This document shows positions 22,601 through 36,700 of a stretch of 64,000 bases of DNA, piece by piece. Origin of the DNA: Octopus bimaculoides (lineage: Eukaryota); contig NC_068997.1 of NCBI RefSeq assembly GCF_001194135.2, positions 8,939,749 through 9,003,748 of the forward strand. Reading direction: 5' to 3'. The notes below the pieces were generated by a model. It had not been told where the DNA came from. It searched no databases and worked only from the letters and a program-made list of their open reading frames with translations. Position 1 is the stretch's first letter, and every line of letters starts with the position of its first letter. The position numbers and the translations under genes are program-made.

Positions 22601-25600
22601 TGGATGTCCTTTCTGTTGCCAACCTTTACCTGCTTCTAAGCAAGCAAGGTAATATTTCATGAAGACCAGAGATGACTTGAATCAAGACACTGCTTGCATG
22701 GCGGTAACACTTGCTTACAACTATCACATGGTGTCAAGGCAAAGAGACAGTGACACACACACACACATATTTATGATAAGCTTCTTTGTTTTTGTGTACC
22801 AAATCCTCAAGGTTTTTGTTAGCCTGGAGCTATGGAAGAAGACACCCAAGGTACCATGCAGTGGTGCTGAACCTTAAACCATGTGGTTGGGAAGCAAAAT
22901 TCTTAATACACTGCCATGCCTATGCTGACTTGTGTGTTTGTGTATATATACACACACCCACATGTACATATGATATGCTATTTATTTTTGTCTTTGTGTT
23001 GTATATGCACACAACATATTTTACATGTAATGTACTAAATGTATGCATATTTATGGTAATGCAAGGTGTGCCAATGTAATATATAAATCTTGTAATCCTT
23101 TACAAAGCTTTTTAATGTTTATAGTCTTTCACAATTCTGTGTCAAGTAATCACTCATGTCAATTCATGGAAAAAATACATTTCCATCCCTCGGTTGATGA
23201 TAATGGCACTTTATTTCTCTCTCTTCTTTACTCCTGCAGCCAACCCCAACATGTCATCTCTCTCTCTCTACCTCTGTTTTAAAGGGTTTTAGTTGAACAA
23301 ATTAACCTCAGTACTTACTTATTTTAAACCTCGTACTTATTCTGTTGATCTCTTTTGCCAAACGCCTAAGTTGTGGGATGTAAACAAACCAACACTGGTT
23401 GTCAAGTGGTGGTCACACACACGCGCACACACACTTATAACAGGCTTCTTCAAATATCTGTCTGCCAAATTCACTCAGAGGCTTTGTGTGTGTGTGTGTG
23501 GTATATATATATATATATATATATATTCACTCTCTGAGTGGTTGGCGTTAGGAAGGGCATCCAGCTGTAGAAACTCTGCCAAATCAGAAATCAGATTGGA
23601 GCCTGGTGTTGCCATCCGGTTTCACCAGTCCTCAGTCAAATCGTCCAACCCATGCTAGCATGGAAAGTGGACGTTAAACGATGATGATGATTATTTGTAT
23701 GTGTATACATAGATGCATATTTGTGTCATTGTTTGACATCTGCCTTCCATGCTGGTATGGGTAGTGAAGTTGTTCTCGAAATGAAGTCTCCAATGTGTCC
23801 TTAATCTTTCAGTAACTAAGTTGCTGCCACTTTCTCTAACACAGAAAAAGTAAAGCTCTGTCATCATTCCATTTTTTTCCTGTTTTCTCATCTTAACCTT
23901 AAAGATGGACTTTTGTTTGAAATCTTGGATAGTCTGCTCCCTATGGCGATAATTCATTGTGCATTTTTTGTTGCCTTTTCAGAATAACACAGTTTAGATC
24001 ACTGGTTTCTATGGATTCTGTTTTGTTTGTATGCAGGCTTGCACTGATGAATCGACAAATAATTGGAAATTGGCCATATCAGTTATTTTGCTGATTAACT
24101 GGCTTCAGCTCCTTAGCAGATTAATCAACTTTGATAATCTTGTTTTTTATTATCATTATTCATGGGTGACAGAAATTTAGGGAAACATTTTTAGGACAAA
24201 AAAAAAAATAACAAATCTAAGTCAACCTGTTTTATCTAACCCAGTGGTTCTCAACAAAGGGCCACATGATTTTTTGTTAAAATTTGTAATTGTTTATTCT
24301 TCTACAATATACAAAATATTTTAACTATTTTTTTAATACAATTCCTAATAATATTTAATTGTAAAAACATAATTGGATTTTTTCATCACTGAATGGCTAT
24401 GAGGGTTCCGTAGAATAAAACAGGGATCAAATGGGTTCATAGGTAAAAAAAAAATGATTGAGAAACACTGATCTAACCCTATTTCTCAGTGCTTGAAAGT
24501 GTTGATCAAGCAACTGGAAAGTACTGGGGATTCCATAACTCTACTCATTGGTAAAAGAGTGTCACTCCTACCTTCTTGTGAAGTTATGTATGGCTGGTTC
24601 CCTTTAACGTGGGAACTAGCCATATCCAGCCCAAATATTCTACCTATTTTATGTTCAAACCACTCAGAATCTGGTCTGATAGAGTATTGTTCTAAGAATA
24701 AACAATCACATCACTGAAATTTCGAAGCTCTCCTGTTGCAGATCCAGCATACCAACTAGCTTCGTCACGAGTACAAGAGAATGAACAGTTTAAATTTAGA
24801 TCACTAATAACTATTATGTTTTATTTAACCATACGGAGTGTTGCTGTCTATGCATTTTTAATTACTTAGAATTTTTTCATGGTCACACAAATGATAAAAA
24901 AAAAAAATGGTGCTGGGACAGTGCGTGAGATGTATACAAAAGTTTACAATATGGACTGACAATTCACTGGCAATAGAAAGTACAAACTATGGTAAAATTA
25001 GCTTATTATAATATTCTCAAATAGTAACTTCATAAATTGTAATGATGAAATATATGAGATTATATATATTGATAATTGCTGTTTCCCTTATACGTATTAC
25101 ATTATGAATAATTAACAGCTGGTTAATCAGCCAATAAAGAGAAGCTGAATAATCAGTAGTTGGCTGGATTGCTTATTAGGACCTCTATATACATATATGC
25201 ATGCTTATTTAATATTTCATGTGGCCACTGCTTACATATTTGGTGTTAATCTAACTACTTAAATTTTGGTAAATAAGTTTGATGTTGCTGCTCTCTATTA
25301 TATTTCTTGTGGTGATGTTGGTTCATCTGGAATTATAGATAATAGGTTATCCAGATGATCTCTGAATACATAGGTAGATTTCAGTTTCTTTGGCAAGATA
25401 TGAAAAAGTTGTGTGTCTTTGAATCCTTAGTTGCTGCAATATGTCCTGATTTTTGATTAGGAAGGTTGTACCTCTGAGATTTTGGGACTCCAGTTTTGAC
25501 CAGTTTGAGGATTGGTATCATCTGTGTGTAGAGTACTGCATATCTTTCTTGTCTTCTCTCCAGCGAGTAGGGTTTTAGTGCTCTCAGCCTCTTCCAATAC

Positions 25601-28600
25601 CTTTGCTGTTGCACTGATGCAATCTTTGTGAAGCATCTGCTCTTAAAAAGTCATGCAGCCACTTGTTTTTTCCTTGAGTATGCTGAGATCAACCAGTTTG
25701 CAACACACCTTTCAGTAGTCAGTTTTATTGAAGGCCTTTACAAAGTTTAGATGTATCATGCCGGTGATTGAGTAGCTATTTCAGCATCCACTGAAAGTAT
25801 TGTAGGGGGATGAAAGCCATGCTTCCTGTTAGCATGTCATTTTCTTCTGGCAATTTGTTCCATGACTATGCTGATATGTGAAATCAGAGAGATAGGCCTG
25901 TACTTTTTAGCACCTATTCTGCTTCCACTTTTATCAGTTGAGCATATTACACCTTCATTTTTTTGGAGTGAGGAGTAGATTTTCCATTTTCCAGGAGGCT
26001 TGTTGATATAATCAGTGGTTATCACCTCTTATGTAGAGCTGTTGTGTCAAAGAACTGGTATATTTATCTGCATGTGTCTCATTAAGGAGGTGAAAACGCT
26101 TTTGAACCACTCAGAGTTTCATTATCAAATTATATACCTGCTCCTTGTTTCATTATCAAATTATATACCTGCTCCTTGTTTCATTAACAAATTATATACC
26201 TGCTCCTTGAATAGTGCATTAGCAAGTTTGATTAGAAATTTGGCTCATTTTAGTTTTTGTAACATTCCTTAGAAAATGTGGTCTTTAAGTCCATTTGCTA
26301 TTGGGGTGGTAAAAATCATCTAGGAGTATATTGGTGTGCTGGTCCAGTTTAGTCAGTACCTCTTACTAAAGCTCTCTTCAGACTTATTGTCATGGTTTGG
26401 GGTATCTGGTGGATGCTAAGTTGTACATATCACTAAGCTAAGTTGCTTATATGTGACAAACTGTCACATATGTCTTTACAACTGTCTTTACAGATGTATA
26501 TAGCAACTCCAACTATGATTTGTCTCTTTCCTGTCTATGGAATATGACGTGAATCTCTACATCTGCTATATTTGTTGTTTCTGTCATTGCTATACAAATT
26601 GCTTCATTGCATGTGCAAATAGCTCTCGTGTAGGACCTTGGTTGCACAGTTTTGGTGGTCTTGAATAAAATGGTTCCTTGCCTGGGCACTGTCACTGCTA
26701 CAGTCAAGTCAGCTGCTGTTTTTTTTTAATATTTGTACAATATGTAAAAAAGAAACAAAAAAACTAGCTGCTTGTCTGTCACACTTCATACTATGTCTCT
26801 GTACTGTCTTTCATTAAGAACAGATGGTGTGTCAGGTATATTTACTCTGTGTGTGTGAATCAGCTGTTTTACTTATAGATATGTTTTGGTCTGATTATAT
26901 TAAGAGTGAATTCTTATGTCATCATTTATATATTTAGTTGCATATAGTTGTATTGGTGTATCATCATCATCATGTGGTTGCTTTTTTTGTGGCACTGCAC
27001 GAGTGAGGTTACCAAGTAAATCACTAGATCCCTCTACTGAGTGGAGGTGTAGTATTGAGGAAGGTGGCTTTGTGCCAGGTAATAAGTTAAAGTATGATAG
27101 GTAGGAACAGGTGTTTTGCTGTAGAGGAGAGATATGGTTACCTTACGAGGAAAGAGAAAGGACAGTGGAGATGAGGTGTCAGGTACAAAAAGGCAAATAG
27201 AGAATAGGGGCAGAGAATCAGGGATGACTGGATGTGTAGATTTGCCAGTGTGTGAAACGAGTGACAGATAAGTAGACGGGGCAGGGTAGTGGTGAATGAA
27301 ATGGTTGAAGGTAGAAAACTATAAATGGGTGAGAGTGGGGGAGTAGATAGGTGGCTCATACATAAACGTGGAGGAGGAGGAGAGCAATAGTATAACAAAT
27401 GGTTCATAGATGAGAAATAGTGAGATGATGTGAAATGTGGGGTTGAAAGATGCACAGGAAATGCTCAGATAAATAGGGGTTAGATATAGTGAGTAGGGAA
27501 ACAAAGATGGGGGTGGGGAACATTGATGGCACATATTAGTTGTTCGAGGAGAAAGGGTCATGTAATAGAAGATAAAGTGGTGGGTAAGGGGTGATGTTGA
27601 AAGTGCAGGATAGGTGACCTGGGAAGTAGCTCTAAGGAAAGAGATAACTGATTACACAAAATAGGTTGGTCTACTCTCTTTATAATTACAACAGCTGAGG
27701 AAACAGTGCTGTAGTTAAGATGAAGGGATGGGTATGATGAAAATAAATTGTAGGGAAAGGCTCGACTTGTACAGAATAAGTGCTGGGGCAAAGGCTTTGA
27801 TATGCTTTGATAATTTCTTTTTCTTTTTTTTTTTTTTTTTTTTTTTTGGCCAAGTTAGACAAATTTTCTCAAGCACAATAATGCATATATATGTGTATAT
27901 AATGTGTGTGTGATTGTTTTAGTGTCAACTTTCCATGGATGGGTTAGGCAAAATTTGATTTTCTATGGTTGGATGCCCTTACTATTGCTAACCCTTCCGT
28001 TTCCAAGTTGGGTAATATTTCCTGTAGTCTTTCAAAACATCAATGGTATAATGGCTGGGCATGTTTCATGGAAGACTGCAAACATACACTGCTTGTATGA
28101 TGTTGACATTTGTTCACAACCAGCTCATTATCTCGAGATACGGAGACAAAAATACATGCAAACATTCAAACAACACACACATGGCTTCTTTGTTTCTCTC
28201 AACCAAATCCACTCACAAGGCTTTGGTTGGCCCAGGGCTGTAGCAGATGTCCTATATTTGTCTTATTGGAAGGAGTGTGTAAGTGTGAGTTATGTTTGTC
28301 TTCTTTTGTATGCTTTCCCATGACACGTTTTGTTTGTACTTGTCTGTGTGCATACGTTGGTATAAATGTTGAATGTTTATGATAGCAAAGATTTAGTATG
28401 CCTGTGGGGATGAGTAAGAAAGTTGTTATATTTGACTAGAGTTGAAATTTTTACAGAGTATTTATTCTCACAGTTCCTTAGTAAATTTGAAATGTCCTGT
28501 AGTTAGATTATCTAATATTCTTCAAGGTTGTGGTTGAGTGGGAAAGAGAGGTGGAGATAATGACTTCGGTTAGTTCCTATGTCTAGCTAAGCAATAGTGG

Positions 28601-29136
28601 TGTGGAGATACATGGTTGTACATAAGTATGGGTTTGTGTGGGTGTCCTTGTCTTTTCTTTTTTACTGCATGTGTAAAAATGAGTGACTGACTGCCATGAA
28701 CATGTATTTATGGATAAGTGTGACACTTAAAAGAATTACAGGGCATCTCCCTGAAATTTGACATTATCAACTTCAATCTCAACAGCACCAAACTCATTTT
28801 TGTTACTGTCAGTCTGTGTTTATTTCTTTGTCCTCCCCAACATCAATTTCATCATTGCCAACTTAAATGTCATCACAAAGCAAATTTTGTAATGTAAGGT
28901 GTGGCAATTTATATTATACAAATCTTGTAATTCTTTACAAAAATTTTTTATGTTTACATTCTTTTACAAATCTGTGACCTGTAATTATTGATGACAATGT
29001 ATGTTCAAAAAAAATATATGATTGAAAATATGGCAAAGTTGGGAGAAAGAAGAGGACTACCAGNNNNNNNNNNNNNNNNNNNNNTCTCTTTCTCTCTCCC
29101 TCTCTCTCTTTCTCTCTCTCTCTTTCTCTCTCCCTC

Positions 29137-29178
<42 letters not shown>

Positions 29179-30757
29179 GTATGATTAAGAAGTTAGGTTC
29201 TTAACCATATGGTTTTAGGTTTGAGGCCCCTTGGGCTAGTGTCTCCTATTGTAGCTGTGGAGCAACCAATGCCTTGTGAGAGAATTTGGTAGACCGAAAC
29301 TGAAAAAAGCCTATGTGTGTGTGTGTGCCTGTTTAGAATCCAATTCTGAACTATAGATTATGATGGTTGTCAGACCACTAAAGAGATCTTTTTTTTGCGA
29401 TCATGTAGAAGTAGTTGAGTTGACAACCAATCTAAGATTTCTTACAGAAGGTCGTTCTGATGAGAGTTTGCTAATTACCTTCTTGATGTAGGAAATGATA
29501 ACATTTCTGTTGAACAAAGTTTAGGTGAATTTAAAATCAGACCACCCAATGACCCTTGCTATGTGATTTTGTATATGCTGACCTCAAAAATAAACTTCCA
29601 CAAATCCTTTGTGGCTTGCAAATAAAACCATCGTTACTCCAATAAATGAAGTAGCGCAATTTGTGAATGATTTTCTGTTGACCAGGATCCCTGGTGAGCT
29701 AAAAATATACAGAAGATCAGATACAGTTGATAATGAAACTCTGTACCCAATCTAGTTTGTCAACAAACTTACACCATCAGGGTTTCCACCACAAATTCTC
29801 AAACTGAAGAAAAAAAATGAAGCATAATACTTTTGAGAAATTTAAATGCTACTAATGGACATGGCAATGGCACACACCACATCATTGTCAGTTTATATGA
29901 TAATGTTATTGAGACTGAAGTTGCTTCTGGTCCTTATGCAGGATCAACTCTGCTAATCCCAAGGATACCACATGTATCTCAAGAAATGGAATTTACAATT
30001 ACATGCAAACAATTTCCTATCAAGCTAGCTTTTGCCTTGACATGCAACAAGGCACCAGAATAGACTTTTGAACAAATTGGAATATACCTTCCAACACAAT
30101 TCTTCTCACGTGGTCAGCTGTATGTTGCATTATCTAGAGTACGAAAGAAGGCTAATGTAAAAATATTGGTTTAGAGAAATGGAAGCAGTATGGAACAACT
30201 GACAATTGTTCCTACAAGGAGATACTACTTTAAAGCAAAATATACTTTTTAGCAAGTTTCAGTAAATAGAATCAACACAAATTATATGTAAAGTAACATA
30301 TATTTGTGTGGGATTAAATTGTTTTGGCATATTTCAACACATGCCAAATGAATGATATCATTATATTAGATCATTTTAAATTTGGGTATATTTGAAAGAG
30401 TAAGGAAACATCATTCCCATGTGTTCTCACAGCACCAGATTTTTTTTGTGTGTGTGTGTATCTCTAACCATCTATCTGTCTCCATCCACACCTATGTAAG
30501 TTCTACCAATTCTTAATGACAAATATATACATAACAGATTGACTCTTTAAAAAAGTGAGAGATTATGACTGGTAAAATAATGAAAGCAATATTTACTAAG
30601 CAAGTGAACACTATTATACAAAGAAATAATTAGACATAAAATATAAAAATTATTAGAATTGGGATTCAAATGTGGAAATACTATCAAATGGCTAACAGAA
30701 AACCACCTGGAGGGCGGTCTTTCTGCTTGTATGTATAATGTGTATAGTAGGTTTGTT

Positions 30758-30795
<38 letters not shown>

Positions 30796-33700
30796 AGTAC
30801 CCAAGTGCTGCACTAATCACTATGCTCAGTCCTTCCAAGAATATTGCCTCTCTGGTATTCCCTTGCAACAGTTCAAGATGATGACAATAGCAGCATCTAT
30901 TCACTGATCTATGAAGGTCTGCCTCCTGGCGTGTAATAGAAAAAGTGTGTGTCTTATAAAAGTTTTCTTACATCAGTGTATCAAATAGTTTATAGTTTGT
31001 TTGGAACAGTAAAGTTCCTAAATTTATTTTTATCAGCATTTCTCAGTGTTGTCTTCAAGATGGGAATGGTTTTAAAAGTAGGAACAAAAACATCTGTGAA
31101 ATTACTTAGTAAAAATATTTTGTATTAAGGTTTGTAAATTTTTCTCATATTTCCAGAAAGTTTATTACCTTGAGGTAAAATTGAATTGCGAGCAATGAGA
31201 TTTAAATAGCAATATGACCATATTAATTTTCAGATAAGATTTAAGTTAAAATAATGATTATTCCAATGCAGTCATGGGCAAACTGCAGCCAGGAGTACTT
31301 TCTGAATGGCATGTCTAATGAAAGATCTTGAATTTTTTTAGTTGTGCAACTTCACTGATGAAGAGCCATGATCAAAAAAAAAAAAAAAATCATTCAAACA
31401 ACTAATTTAGAATTAGAAGTCGTCAACANNNNNNNNNNCATTCAAACAACTAATTTAGAATTAGAAGTCGTCAACATTCACTGCATCAATCTTCACCACT
31501 CATTACTCTTCATTTCTCTATATTAATTTAATGATTGATTTCCATAACCTATAATTGGCATTTTTATTCTATCTTCAGGCTTTTAACAAGTTAGCAAAGG
31601 AATATCACCCTGATAAAAATCCAAATGCCGGAGACAAGGTAAATATTTCCTTCAGTTTTAATAATCAAATCCTGTTTTTGAATAGTAATTATTAAACGTA
31701 ATTCAAATTTAATTTATCCTTGAAAAAATATTGTTATCTTACATTTGCTCTGCATGTGGAGATGGATTGAACAGAATGATAAAAATAGAATTCAGTCAAA
31801 GTGGGGGAGGTCATCGATTCTGACCTGCTATGGCTGTAGTGAAGTAGCTTACTGCTACACAAGGATGAAAATCAAAACTGATTGTAGCAGAATTTCTTTG
31901 TAATTTTAAGATATTAATACTATAAAGTATGAACAGGAGTGATCTTGTTTAATTGGGTACTTAAAACATGTCTTTTAATCATGCTATGGCCGACATCCAC
32001 TTCCATATATATTTTAAATAATGAATGTAAAACTTAGATTAACAAAGCCATTGTATGATTAACTCTTTAGCATTTAGACTGGCCATATCCAAAACTTGCA
32101 CCTGTTTTATGTTAAAACTGGTAAGGTCTGGCCTCTAACACATACCCTACAATGTCATTGTAAAAATGTCATCAGAATCTTGAAACAATGATTAATGCAT
32201 GATGATTAATTCAAAACAATCTGAATGAATAAGAACATATGTGACAGAGTAATCTGAATTATAATGGGTTGGCTTTGATTTTCTTTGTGTCATGGCTTTT
32301 ACTTTTGTTTACCATGTTTCTCTTAAAATACACTGCTTTCATTTCAATTAGTATTGAAAATAACAGTTTAGTAAAATAATGTCATTATTAAAACTGTTGA
32401 TTGCAACATAATTAGTGTGAAATTTTGATGGATGGTTTTAATTTTGATCACTTGAAAACCCGAATAAAATGGGTTAGTATCAAAGGGATTAAAAATGAGC
32501 TCTATAAAATATTTTCATTGGCTGTGAAGCTTCAAATCCATATTCAGTAGACACTGCTTATTAATCTTTTAATGCTGGTACCACTCTTAGGAAGTAGAGA
32601 GATGTTATCATTTCTGAATATTATTTGGGTGGGGGGTGGGGGTGAGTTTCAAATGGAATTTCTTACAGCTTTTCAATGTAGTTGCAAGTTGCATTTTTTT
32701 TTTCTCTTTTCTCTTTGCAAATTCTCTAGTATCTTTATAATTTTAGGGTTACATGTCTACAATAAGCAAGTTAACTGTTGAACTGTTAAGTATACATTGA
32801 AGTTAAACTTAAGAATGCCCAAGTTTACCAGAAGCAACAGTAATTTAGTATCCAAAACCATTACAATTTATTTTTGATGTTAACTTGAATTTTTTTTCCA
32901 TTCTGTCAGTTCAAAGAAATCAATTATGCCCATGAAGTTCTTTCCAACCCTGAAAAAAGAAGAATTTATGATCATTATGGTATCCAAGGCTTACAAGAAG
33001 GCGTTGGTTCAGGTATTAATAGAAATTATTATTATTATGTTGTTGTTGTAGCAAGGTGGTGGGTTGGCAGACTTGTTAGCATGCTGGGCTAAATTCTTAG
33101 TGGTATTTCGCCTGTTGCTATGTTCCAAATGCAAAATCCACCAAAGTTAACTTTGCCTTTCATCCTTTCAGGGTCAGTAAATTAAGTACCAGCGAAACAC
33201 TGGAGTTGATGCAGTCAACATAAAATAACTGCCCTTGTGGCAAAATTTGAAACTATCAGTTTTTTTATTTCTTTTTGCAAAAATCAAGTTTTTAACACCT
33301 TTTATGTTTACCTTTTGGTGGTTTTTATGTTTGTTTTTGTTTTTCTTTTGTCCTTTTTGTAACTTTAGATATAAAATGCTAGGGATTGTGTGTGTTTTGA
33401 AAGGCAAAAATTGCATTTGAAGAGGAAACATAAAGAGACAAGATGTGTTAGTGTGTATCTTTACTCCACCAGTTTTTATAGAATGGTTACACTTAATTGA
33501 TTACCTAAAAAATTGATTTGATAAAATTTTGATATTTCTGTTGTGGAATTTCATGCTATTTAACATTTTGTATTGAAATAATTGACATATTTTCTATATA
33601 TTTTTTTTCTTTATTGTAGGATCATTTCCATTTAGGGATATGTTTGGGGGTATTTTTGACATGGGTTTTATGGGTAGTCATCATCGACATAGTCGTCATC

Positions 33701-36700
33701 GAGGAGAAGATGCTTTTCACAAATTAAGGTAAATTATAAGCCTTATTTTTTGTCATGTTTTTTTTTTAAAGTAAAATATTGTACATTTTCAGTAAGTTTC
33801 AAAGCTAAAAATGTCTTTTGTAGAGTTCTCATTGAAGCAAGTAATTAACTATCAATGAGGATATAAAATTGTTTGTAATCTTCACATTCATTCAACTAAA
33901 TCCAACATGCACCCTTGCAGACACCATACTCACACACGACTCATACCATTCTGTCTTGTGATGTTACAGTATAGAAAAGTATAAGTGCTGATTGCTTCCA
34001 AATTATTACTCAACATGAAAATAGAGGGCTAATAACAGAGAATAGCTGGGCATTTCTAAAGGACAACTTACTGTCATGAAGTGGGCAAATAGCTGCAAAG
34101 ATTAAACCCGTGGTTATTAAGGCACTAAGGCAAGGAAAACTGCAAGATGGATCTACATTGCACTTTGTACTTGCTACAAGTTTATGGCTGTCAATCTGGT
34201 GAGCAACAAAATTTCATAACCAAGAACAATCAGCTCAAATTTATTTGTTGAAGGTATCTGACAGTACCATGCTCAGTGTAGTGGGCGCTGAAAACTTGGG
34301 TATGGAAGAATGGCTGTATAATACAGTTCAGCTCATGAATTAAGGTACTGTAAATGCAGATCATTTGAGTTAACCGAGGAATTTAGCATCCAAGTGGTCC
34401 TCTACCCAAGATCTATATTTCAGGTAATGTTTGATAATTAATTAACATTCAAAACATTTGCTCATAATCTGATTTTGGTAGAATTGCTCCAAGTTAAAAC
34501 CTTGAAGATAGTAGTATAACTTTACTATTCGGGAAGCAAATAGTAGAAACTCTGTTATATGTTTAAGATACGATGCTTACTTATTTAGTTACTGTAGGAT
34601 CTTACTGTAGGATCGCTGGCAAATTTTCAGAACATTAGATCTACATTGGTAGTTGGTTGCAGAGGTTTTCAATAAATGATTAGAGACTTCCTGTGTGTTA
34701 CTGGAAGTTATATACAAGTTGTGGTATTTAATTGATGTATAGAATTAGTTTAGTAATTGGTTTGTAGTGGCGAGAACAGAATTGTTTCCTCTGCTGGAGA
34801 CAAGTTTTTTTTTTTGTACAAAAGACTGATTATCAAGTGTGCATATGTTGTTTTGTTTAACTCCTGTTCTGATAAAAGGCTATTCAGCTGTTGCCATCAG
34901 TCGTCTTCCTTTCAAGTATGAAGGTGTGATTTGAGGGAAATTTGGTTTTATTTCCATCAGATTGACTGAACCGCTGAGAGACTCCCTCAGTGAATCATGA
35001 GAAGTGATCATTGAAGATCTACAAATGGCTGGATTAAAATAAGCTTTGTGTTGTTTTGTAGTAATATATCACTGAGGAGAAGCAGTCATGCTTTTATGAA
35101 ATTAAAATGAATGGCACATGCTGATAAAAGTTGTGTGATATAAAGGTGTAAGTGAAATAAGTGATGAGCTAAAATCTGGGTTTCATGGGAGAGATTATAT
35201 AATTATAGACAGGTTTGCGCTTAAAAAAAAACCCCATTCTACCCATGCTATCATGGAACCATACACTTATAAGTCTGTTATTTCTATTAACATATGCTGC
35301 CTTTGTTTCAATTAATTTTTAAAATAATGAATTTAGTAAAATAACTTTTCTAAGGGGCCTGAAAACAATTAGCATAAAATTTTGATGGAAGATGATAATT
35401 TAGACCATTTTAAAACAGTAAGTTTATCATAGAACCTGGGGTGGTCTTGGGTGGGTTGGTATCAGAAGGGCTAAAATGTTTAATCTCAGTGGAATTGCTT
35501 CTGACTTTTGTGCATGTAGGCAAGGAACATAACTCTACGGATTCTAGTTTCTGAAAACGTCTGTAAAGTAGCTTGCCTGTCCTAGTAGTAAAATTACTAA
35601 AATGGATAATTTGGTAATATACACCTCACACCTTCAGTTATTTATTTAACTACAAAATGAATAGTGTATAATAGATCAGATGAAATAAATTGCTTCGATT
35701 TTTGATAATAGTAAAAATAGAGATGTATGGCTTCATATTGCTTACACACTTTCATTCTTGATTTGATTTGTAATAATTCAGTATTGATATATTTTACTTT
35801 CAGAGTAAACTTAGAAGATTTTTACAATGGTAAAACTTCTAAACTGCAATTATCTAGAACTGTCGTTTGTAAAAAATGTCAAGGGTGAGTATAAAGCACC
35901 ATTTCATCTTGTAAATGTTTTGTATTTTGTTCTTTTTATTTATTCTGGTTGAGCAAACAACTACGTCCTAAAACTGCTCAATATTTGAACATTGAATAGT
36001 TGTCAAAATGAGCTCTCACTTTTCCAGGCCACATAATGTGCATCAGATTTACAAACCCCCCCACCCCCGATTGGATAGAATTCGGTCCTTCATCACCAGT
36101 TCTTTCTGGTGTATTCTGATCACTTCAAATATCTTCGCTGATTTCTTTCCACTACAGTTTTTGCTTGTGCGTTTTAATAATGCATGAGGTTTTGGCTGGG
36201 TGTTCCTTCTATTGCCATCTGTGCAATACTTTCCTTAGGTTTTAAGTTGCCCTGTTGGCATAAAGAACAAAATACAGCTACCTAAAATAGGACATTTGAT
36301 TTAAGTTTTCCTTGACATAAATATTTTAACTTAACATTATGGTCAATAATTTAATATGGCATTCTTAATTTACTTCTCTTGTCTTCTACTATCAAGCTAA
36401 TGGCACTTTTACTGCACAACAATTGTTCTCTATATTAGTAAGATTCTACCCTGTGTAGACAGATCATTTTTTTTATTTAAAAAAATTTTTTTATATCTAT
36501 GTTACATTGTCTCCAGACGTCTTTGTATGGTAGGCTGTGAGAAAAACCATTTGTCGGCACTGTGATGGCTCACTCCAATTTGTATTATTTTTTGTCATTA
36601 ATTTTTAATTAAACTTTATCTTAAGCTCAAATGACACCATCCATACTGCAAATAAGCAATCCAAATAGTCTGTATATAGTCTGTTACAATCCTGATTGCT

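Noticed and set aside
30323-30348. 8-bp hairpin downstream of the Helitron relic as a 3' terminus
   Set aside because: AT-rich stem not followed by CTRR, so it does not fit a Helitron end.
31355-31380. CTGATGAAGAGCCATGATCAAAA, a second hammerhead-like core
   Set aside because: Stem II does not close, and the GAAAC and stem I partner are absent.
31391-31476. 38-bp direct repeat flanking a 10-N gap
   Set aside because: An exact duplication on either side of a minimal gap is the signature of unmerged contig overlap, not biology.
36000-36600. Possible piggyBac N-terminal acidic region on - in DNAJA2 intron 5
   Set aside because: Stops in all frames and no diagnostic motif; too weak to call.
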